Source of the DNA: Octopus vulgaris
Taxonomy: Eukaryota
Length of the DNA stretch: 64,000 bases
Direction of reading: 5' to 3'
Assembly: GCA_951406725.2 (NCBI GenBank)
Contig: OX597817.1
Coordinates: forward strand, 132,804,001 to 132,868,000
Shown here: piece after piece, positions 54,584-64,000 of the stretch
Position numbering within the stretch: the stretch's first letter is position 1
Layout: every line of letters begins with the position of its first letter
Translations under genes and position numbers: made by a program
Notes under the pieces: model-generated
Seen by the model: the letters and a program-made list of their open reading frames with translations, nothing else
Databases searched by the model: none
Told to the model about the DNA's origin: nothing

Positions 54584-56148
54584 GTACACATGCATACATA
54601 TATATAAATCTATATCTCTATATCTATCTATCTAGACACATACACACACATACACACACGCATACACACACATACACACACGCACGCACACATACGCGCA
54701 TACAAGCATATATAAGTGTTATTTTCAATTTCCGGTTGAGACTTTATTTAGCTCAAATTTGTCGTACGTCTTCATGGTTCCATGAACAATCTTAGAGAAA
54801 AAAAAAGACTCTCTGATAGAAACCTCAAACTACCTGAAATAACAATCGCTAAACAAGATTACTGAATGTTAAAATAATTTAAGTAACCATCGCTGGACAC
54901 TGCAGCAGATGCAATAATAATAATTCTAAATTTAGCATTGGAGTAAAATTAACTTCTAAATAAATATAAAATGTTTGATATGCAACCGAAAATGCATGAA
55001 AAATGTTGTGTGAATCGAGATGCAACTTTAAATCATTTTGGATTAGTGAAAGCCATTATAAGTCAGTTCTGACAATAGCCGTGGTCGATGCCAGATTTAG
55101 TATCACAAACAAAGAAAATAACTCATTATTGTAATGTTGTAAACGCATGAGCAGTGTGAAGAGGTTCGGAACTTTTCGACAGGCGTTGCGTAGCATGATA
55201 AAGAATGTTGCTAAAAAGAGCGAGGTCAAGTTTAACGCGTCTATTGAAGTATATATCACAGTTTTTGACCTTTCATGATCCTAACTGAATCAACCAGTAA
55301 ACGCAACTAGCGACTATGTATTGAATGTGTTCGATGTAGCGTATTGTGAGAGGCGAGGACTACGACTGCAGCCAATTGTATGATTCAAGGGGGGAAATTT
55401 ACAAAAGGAAAGCTGTAGTTGACATAAACTAACGATCTGGATAACGGCCTGTGTTGAACGCCTGTTATTTTCAATTAGTGCCAACACTGGCCACAGAATG
55501 GGCAACCCGGTAATATGTAAAGAAAAACGGTTGGCTAAACCGAGAAGCCAAATAAAATATGAACAGACAAGGAGAAAAGAATGATAAACGTCAATGCTGT
55601 ATTCTATAAAGGTTATATAGAGCAAGTGTAAGAGGGGTTAAGCATGGAATAAAAGAGTTCAAGGAAGGAAGAGCGGGAAGAGTGAGAAAAAGAAAGCGGT
55701 GGGAGGGAGAGAGAGAGAGAGAGAAGGAATTGTATCTACGTTTAAAATATGAGAATGTAGTTGCATGAAATGAAAACATTAGAATGTTATGGAGAAAGAG
55801 GGAAATAATAATGAATGCGAATGAGTGAAGCTGATGAATGAAAGGAGTGAGATTTATGATAGCTTATAAGATGGGTGATTTGTAATGAGTCGTCAACACA
55901 GAAGAAAATTACTGAACAGGAAAAAAGAATTTTACTTTAACAAACTGTTGTGGCCAACGAACATGGTTTGAGTAAATATTCAGTGGCGGAGTTGTGTATT
56001 GTTTGAGGAGTCTACGACGGTAAGGAGATGGATGAAGGAGGTGAGGTGGGGAGGGGGAAAGGGCAATGGACGACTGCTGCTGTCTGAAATTGATCTTCGT
56101 TGCTACCCGTTTACTTTCATTGGCACGAATAATAATAATAATAATAAT

Positions 56149-56182
<34 letters not shown>

Positions 56183-56302
56183 GGACCAAAAAAATAATAT
56201 AAGTTACAAGACGAAAAATGGATGTCAGATATAGATGTCAAACCATGTTGAGTAATTTAAGACACACTTTGCGTTCCAACCAAACAGGCAATAGACATAC
56301 AC

Positions 56303-56333
<31 letters not shown>

Positions 56334-58976
56334 GAGACACACACACACATATATATATATACATATATATACAAATATATATATTCACACACATACATAT
56401 AGATTGATAGATATTATATAATAGATATATATATATGCATTTCTGCATATGTCTATATACATCTAATTTTTTTATTGTATATTATACATATATACACAGA
56501 TGTGTGTACGTCTGAGTACATATATATATATATATATATATGTATATATTGCATACACACATATATATGCTTGTATGTAAGTATAATCTAAAGAATTGCT
56601 TTAGGTGGTGTGATGTAACAAGAATTATTAACAAAAAAAACTGCAGTGTTTATTGAATAGGAGAAAATAATTTAACTTCTCATCAATATTCGGGGACACG
56701 ACACAAGAACCGCACTGTATGGTTTGCGTGTGTCTCAGTTCATGATAGCAAAGATGCGATGTCACATTCGTGGACATCTCATAGTTGAACGCGTACATTT
56801 TAAGGTTTAATATCAAGAAATTTTAAGGGTTTTTTTCCATGATTGTCAATATCTCCGGTGCCGTGAGAATATGTCTGGACTAATTTTAAGAAACCAATGC
56901 GATAAATATCACAGAGTGATCCTTTCTTTCTACCGTCTCCTGAGTTGTATACTTGGAAGAACTCGGTTTCAGACATTAATTACATATCTTATTTTATTTA
57001 TCTAATTATGTGTGTCATTGGTTCATTTATGTAAATGTGTAGTGGCTTCTTTCGCGGGCCTACCACAAATACCAGTTGAGTGCCTGGCCCGTTATAAGAC
57101 CACGAAATGTTACAAGATAAAGATAGTTATTAAAAGGAGCATTCGAATCTTAGGTAGAGGGGTCCGTTCGAAACATATATTGCAGTCTCCACCCAATACA
57201 GGTACAACTAGCAATAACCTGCAACTTATGGATGGGAGCACAAAGGATGCGAACCTGGGAACCCGAAGTGAGCCCAGGTTGGAACGAGTGTTAAAAATCA
57301 CTTCTTATATGATCCTATGAATGAGATGTTCCAACTCCAACGACCCTCCCAGGGACAGTGGGCGGAGAGTTGTAACTGGCAAACTTATGCTTACATTTTT
57401 ATTAAGCAGTCTTCCACCACTTTCTCTCGGTGCAGAAGAGATGCAGAAGGTCCTGGTGAGTTGTCGCTTAGATCTTATCCTGACCTGTCTAAAACAGATT
57501 TAGTGGGCTAGGTTTCGAACTGAGTCTACACGCGGTAGTGCATTTCTTTATAAATAGTTAGTTTAATCAATGAGAACACCCTGGCCCTTGACTCTCGCTT
57601 TAATTTCATTTTCTTAGCATCGTCGAAAAGCCTATGAAATTATCAAAAACACAATATACAATCAAGCAAACTGCATTTATTTGACATTCAGGGATTAAAG
57701 TTATGTTCTATGTTTAGCTGAAAATTTCTACGGCTCAATCCAGTGTATTTTCTCTTTGTACTCAGAATGAAAGCAATCTATTAAATTAAACGCGCTAATT
57801 GGTTTCTTCTAATCAAGCACAATTTGGGGATAGTGCTGGTGACTGTTGCTGTAGTGGTAGTGGTGGTGCTGTTGTTGCTAACATCGTTCTTGCAAAAACT
57901 CTTTTGGTTACATCAAGAATTCATACCGTATGATATTTGATACACCTTGTATTTGTTCATGTCGTTCAAATGTATACCACTGGTCACTCTGGTATTTCTC
58001 TTAGTTCACTTATGTTTACAATATGAAAATTACCTTGGCCGAAAGTATTTCCTATTTCACTTTCTATGAGTCTGAGCCTCTTAACAATTTGAGATAAAAT
58101 CGAGCAATTATCGTGCTTATGACGGTTATTCAGATTGAAATATGTGTCCACAACTGTCCTCTTATCTCCAGACAAATAAGTCTGTTCTTTTCCTTAATTC
58201 TATGTCACCTTTCGAGAATTCTTGTTTCTTTAGTCTATCTCCTTTTCTCAAGTTAAGCGGATCTTAATTGTCATTTGGTAATCAAGGTGCATATTCTCGC
58301 AGCGGAAGTAATTTTAGTAAACCAGGAATTGATGTTGTATGGTATTTGATAAACCTCTCTTTGTCTATGTTGATCTATGTTGTCTATGACATGTCACTGG
58401 TCATCCTGAGTTGTATCTCTTAGCTCATTTTTCTTTAAATAAATCACATCCAAATAAAGGTCGTTTGCATTGGGTAACTGCAGAGTGCTGGTGGCAAAAC
58501 ATTCGTCTACCAACTCTCAAACTTTACTACAAGGTCTCTATTTTTTCTCATTTCGCTAGTTTTGTCGCCTGACATCACGCGACTATTTAACCAACTTCAT
58601 AAAAGGAAATATTTCACTAGGCTAAATTTCCTTTAAATCAAACCTTAACTCTTCTTAAAAAGATTACCACTTTGGATAGTGGTGTCAGCGTGCCATGTTT
58701 ATTACAAATATAAAAAAAACACAATAGAAAATGAATGCATAGATGCAACAAATTTAGGAAATTGTCAGAGTAGCATGAGATACGACAAGTGAACAACACA
58801 GCAGGCAATGGAGTTCTAGGTCTAACAAATGAGAGACGATTATCGTTGGATTAGCTTTGTGATCATCCTGGAACTGGATCTAAACAACGAATTATGAAAC
58901 GGTGATGTAATTATTAACAGCAAATTAATCATCATCCTTTACAGCTGTTTCAATTAATACTCAGTAAATAGTAAGT

Positions 58977-59290
58977 AAAGGCGGAGGTATTGTTTTCAGT
59001 CGTGTTTGTTTGTTTGTTTGCCCGTGGACAAGATATCTCAAGAACCGCCGGATGGATTCGGATGAAACTTTCAGGGATGTTCGGCCTTGTGACTGCCACA
59101 AACGGATTAGATCTTGGGACCGATCCGGTTCCGGACAAAGATTCTGGATTATTTTTGACAGCGATCAGGTTCATTTTTAATATTCTCATTTGTGAGAGCA
59201 GTCGAGTTTATTTCAGATATTCACATTTTAAAAATCCTCTCTGGCTAATCGTTGAGAGGACGTTGTTGTTGCCATGGCGGAGGTTTGTAC
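58977..59290 (+). mobile_element. Non-autonomous Helitron/Helentron-like element
   Basis: GGCGGAGGTATTGTTTTC, (GTTT)n, GGATGGATTCGGATGAAACTTT, GATCCGG and closing CCATGGCGGAGGT, the layout of HINE-type elements. Confidence 0.55.
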
Positions 59291-59306
59291 TTGTTATTAT
59301 TTGATA

Positions 59307-59495
59307 AGGCGGTGAGCTGGCAGAATTCTTAGCATGGGTGGGCCAAATATTCGGTGGCATTTCGTTCGTTTTTACATTCTAAGTTCAAATTTCGCCGATG
59401 TCGACTTTGCCTTTCATTTTTTCTGGGTCGATAAAATAAGTACTAGTTACGCACTGGGATCGATGTAATCGACTTACCCACTCCCCCGAAATTGT
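59307..59495 (+). mobile_element. SINE family B copy
   Basis: GGCGGTGAGCTGGCAGAA..GTTCAAATTTCGCCGATGTCGACTTTGCCTTTCAT..GGGTCGATAAAATAAGTAC. Confidence 0.8.
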
Positions 59496-59647
59496 TGTAT
59501 CGCCCTCGCTATAGAAATGCAATCTATTTATATTTTTATTGACTTCTCTCAGTGTTTTACTGATGCGTACTAGCCTATTTACACACAAATGCATGCATGC
59601 ATAACAATACATACACACACACACACACAGATATATATAAAAGTAGA

Positions 59648-59938
59648 AAATTGTTTATTATTAACAGCAAATAATAATCTTCCCTTACAGCTGTTTAAAT
59701 TAATACTCAGTAAATATTAAGTAAATATTAAATTTATATATATATATGACCTGAGCATGCCTGCTATAATGATACCATGTGCAAATATAAAACATCCAAG
59801 GGTAAATTTTTTCCCTCTGAAGATATTATGCACAGGTCATATAAATATAGATTTAATATTTACTTACTATTTACTGAGTATTAATTGAAGCAGCTGTAAG
59901 GGATGATGATTAATTTGCTGTTAATAATAAATAATTTA
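59648..59938. mobile_element. Palindromic HHR element (third partial copy at 58909-58978)
   Basis: Arms 59648-59760 and 59828-59938; tccct-CTGAAGA-tatta...taatt-GAAGC-AGCT-GTA-aggga at 59812-59903; the 58940 copy keeps GAAAC. Confidence 0.75.
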
Positions 59939-60147
59939 TTAACTTCCTAATCTCCATTTTCTTTTTCTTCTTTTATATGAAAATAAATTATATGTTTTTA
60001 TACATATACCTATTATTTTAAGAAAATTAATTCCCCCAAAATACTACGTATTGAACCAGTATTTCCTTGGATGAGGAAGTACATCCCTTCATGAGGTTAA
60101 CACAGCCTATAATTGAGTATATATATATATATATATATATTGCACAG

Positions 60148-60185
<38 letters not shown>

Positions 60186-60246
60186 AGGCACATTTATATG
60201 TGCGTAAGTTTGTGTGTACACATATACATATAAGTTTATATCTATT

Positions 60247-60400
60247 CGTGGCTGTCTGGTAAGAAGTTTACTTCTCAAGCGTACGGTTCCGGGTTCGCTC
60301 CTACAGCCTGACACTTCGGGCAAATGTCTTCTACTATAGGTAGGAGCCGACCAGAGCCTTGTGAGTGGATTTGATAGACGGGAACTGAAAGAAGCCTGTC

Positions 60401-60440
<40 letters not shown>

Positions 60441-60540
60441 GTGTGTGAGTGTGGATTGATTTGTTCAATCAAAAATCCTTTGAGGTTGTGTTCCAGCATG
60501 GCCGCAGTCTAATGACTGAAACAAGTAAAAGATAAAAGAT
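60247..60540 (+). mobile_element. SINE family A with internal deletion
   Basis: Head and core, then tail CCAGCATGGCCGCAGTCTAATGACTGAAACAAGTAAAAGAT. Confidence 0.8.
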
Positions 60541-62164
60541 ATGCATCCACACGCACACGTATGTGCGCGCACACACAATACGCACACGCACAGACACATA
60601 CACACACAACACATGCACAACACACACACAGATACACACACACAGCACACGCACACACACGTACGCACGCACACACAACACACATACGCACACAACACAC
60701 ACACAAAACACAGAGACACACGCACAAACACACACAATACTCATACACACATACAACACACGTACACACACACACACACACACAACATACAAGAACGCAT
60801 GCACACACACACACGTAGTCCTTACAACAGAAGAACTAGACTTCAATCTTCGTGCTCCGAATTTCCCTTTGTCGCCTTTTCAAAGCATTTCTCTCTTCTC
60901 CGTGAATACCGTTAAACCTTCAACGGAGTCGTTGCTAAAATAGTTCTAAGCTTAAAATGAGTAGTTCCAGAAGGAAATACACGTAGCAGTAAATTGATTA
61001 AAGAGGGTGAAATGGTGTGCATTGTGTAGGGGAAGTCACGTTTCCGCTAAGGAGCTTACTTAGAAAAAAAATTGAAGAGGAAATGAAGCAATGCACGAAT
61101 TAGAAAGAGAGAAAGAAATGAAAATTGGAGCGTCGGAAGAAACCACACAAGCCATAAGAACCGGGTATTTTTAACCTACCATCCGATCATCCACAATGCT
61201 GTTGTAGAAATGCTAATATGCTCTTTCAGCGGTAAATGACCCAACAAAGACTGTGCGAAAGTGAAATTACAACATTGAAGCAAACAAGTGTTTTTGAGCA
61301 TAACTGCACAAAGTTTTAAGTGTAGATACAATCAATAGTTGTATGCCTTTAGGCACACAGAAATCACACCAGCTACCTTTTACTATAAATTTAGCGACTA
61401 AATGACAAAGCTACGACCAACTTTGGCAGCCCGTTGTCAAATGTACAAGGCGCTAAACCATATTCTGGAGAATCGCATTGGTCTTAACTACGCACTAGCG
61501 AAATATTCTTCATGATACATCACCCATAAATTCATTGAACTCAAGAAATGTACTGGTCTATGAATGCTGCCAACAGAATAAATTCATTTGTAGAAACTTT
61601 TTTACGGCACCAATGCTGATTATACTGTAAATTCCATTGAGATTCGCCGATATTTTGGAATATTCTTGTCAAAGGCGAAAGTCATCAGCTTAGGCTTAAC
61701 TGTTACATGCAAGCGACTGATCTAGCAGCGTGCACAATACTTTCGTTAATTCCTTTAGGTACATACGAAGTCGAGGGCAGACATCATAGACGCCTTCCTT
61801 GCTATCCCACCTTACACCAGTAGAACATCAAAAACGTGGCAGCCGGAGGAGAGAGAGAGAGAGTACCCTACTTGTAATCTGTTGGTATGCATTTTCATTT
61901 GAGAAAACTGAAGAAATATGAAATAAGGTGTTTTGTGCAAAATGTGAGGTGGGGTGCAAGAACACGATCTTACGATGGCCGGTCCAAACCCTAGCCACTA
62001 GGTCACACGTTTTATCTATTTCCATTATATATGTGTGTGTATCTGTGTGTGTGCGCGCGCGTAAAAGTGTGAGAGAGAAAATGTGTGTGTGTATGTGTGC
62101 ACGTGAAAGTGTGAGAGAGAAAATATGTGTGAGTGTACAAACCATGGATATAAAGTGCATTCCA

Positions 62165-63015
62165 GGAGTTTTCAGGAGAGACCTTCATTAATTTCAAAGA
62201 TGCATATAACTCTAATCTCATTCAAAGTAGATTCCTCCTCTAACTTCAATGTGTTTGTTGTAGTGCTGCAGCCACTTCATGAAGGTCCGATGTAAGTCTT
62301 CCAAAGTGAAGGTGTCCAGGACTCTTGTCACAGCCTTTTCAGCTTTAAAACAACTGCTGCCACTGAAGTTCACCTTCAGCTTGGAGAACCACCAAAAGTC
62401 ACAGGGAGCTAGGTCTGGACTGGAGGTGGGTGTGAGGAACAGAGTGGGCTGCCAGGATGCTCGTTGCTGAGTACCCTGGAAATAAACTTTGCACAAATTT
62501 TATGCTTAGAACTTCGTGAATAATTCTGTATTCACTCGCCACACCAACACCAAACTGCATGTTTATTGTCTTTATAGACACATGACAATTTCATCCAGAA
62601 AATTGCCGATTTTCTCAACCAACTCTGATGTTCTGATGTTCCTCTCCCTGTCACACCTCTCAGTGTCGCTCACCTTATTTCTACAGCGTTTGAACCTCTT
62701 CTACCAATAAAAGTGTGAATTCAAAAGCAGTCTGAAGCATTTGATAAATTTCGCTAGTATTTCTGTCAAGTTTAACGACCAAATTTTGTTCCATAGCGAG
62801 TTTCTAAACTCCCGACTGCACTCAGCTATGACAAGTAGGGTTTAGTAGGATATGTTCAAAGTGCTGTCACAGTCGTCTCCTTCAACCGCGAATAAAAGAA
62901 GTTGGCAAGTCAGCTTATGACGTGTATATTAAGGATATGTTAAAATTGCATTAATCTAGAACAACAGTAACTGCTTCCCCTTAAAAGGATCTCAAAACTT
63001 CTGGAAAGCCTCTAC
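62165..63015 (-). mobile_element. mariner transposase remnant
   Basis: PTSSPDLAPCDFWWFSKLK (YSPDLAP-D motif) and a GGIYFE C-terminus. Confidence 0.78.
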
Positions 63016-63763
63016 CTATATACGGTTGATTCTGGGAACGGGTATATATTTGCATTCGAGATTATGAAGTGTTTATTAGAACAGTTGCATATATACATGT
63101 GCAGATGTGTCGACGCACCGATTACCATATATTTGTTTGCTTGTAATACAAACTCCTGCAAACTTATATAAAATGTCTTGTGTTTTAGGTTTATCTGTTT
63201 ATTAGTTTTTATTTTTTACTCTCCTTCAGTAATATTCGAGAGAAATGTTGTTTGCTCTTTACTTGGCAGATTGGCAACTTGTAATAAGAAAGAAAAAAAT
63301 GTTTATTTGTTTTGCGCCAATACGTCCGACCTTTGACCTAAGCACGACATCTTGTGCTTCACGATGTTTCTTTAACTCTATTCGTTGGAGTTCGATGCGA
63401 AAAATGTATTTGGGTATCGATTAAGATGTCCAAAATAATAGAATTGAATGCAACATTAAATAATTGGTTTGCTACAACCAAATCATTAAATGCAACCAAA
63501 ATATATATAAACAAATAAAAACAAAAAGAACAAATAAATACAAGAACGCCGACAAGGAAAAAAAACAGTGACTTTGACGACAACATCATTAAAAACAACA
63601 ACAGAAACTCCATTAAAACTATAACAACATAAAGAGAAACATCAGCTATAACATTAATATCAACTATAAATTCCTCGATAACAACCAAACATCAATCAAC
63701 AACACACACACACACACACACACAAACACACACACGTAGACGTAAACGCAAGCACTAATACTC

Positions 63764-63794
<31 letters not shown>

Positions 63795-64000
63795 GTATGT
63801 GTGTATGTATGTATGTATGTATGTATATCTACATAAAGACAATCATGTGTATACTCTGAGATCTAAGAACTGATTATTGGTATCGATATGGTTTAGTCGA
63901 ATCATATAATGTGTATGCGATTGTGTGCGTGTGCATGTGTATGTATGTATATCTATATTCTCTCTTTCCTCCCCACCTACCTCTCTCTCTCTCTATGTAT

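Overview
AT-rich, microsatellite-saturated animal DNA. The SINE repertoire, (TA)n/(CA)n/(TAA)n density and LINE types point to an Octopus (cephalopod) intron or intergenic region; this is inferred from sequence alone. I see no credible host protein-coding exon, and almost all listed ORFs are microsatellite translations. Recognisable content: many copies of two tRNA-derived SINE families (CORE-like and Meta-core) plus two minor SINEs; decayed R4/Dong-type (REL endonuclease), RTE and CR1-like LINEs; Tc1/mariner remnants; a Gypsy remnant with LTR and solo LTR; and non-autonomous Helitron-like elements. The standout is about 20 type I hammerhead-ribozyme (HHR) motifs from many different sequence families. 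Each lies in a short non-coding module embedded in or next to (TA)n, and many modules are long inverted repeats whose HHRs read outward. Several cores carry compensatory 3-8 pairs (U3-A8, A3-U8), long helix II inserts and palindromic helix III. This suggests a diverse, (TA)n-targeting population of Penelope-like or retrozyme elements.
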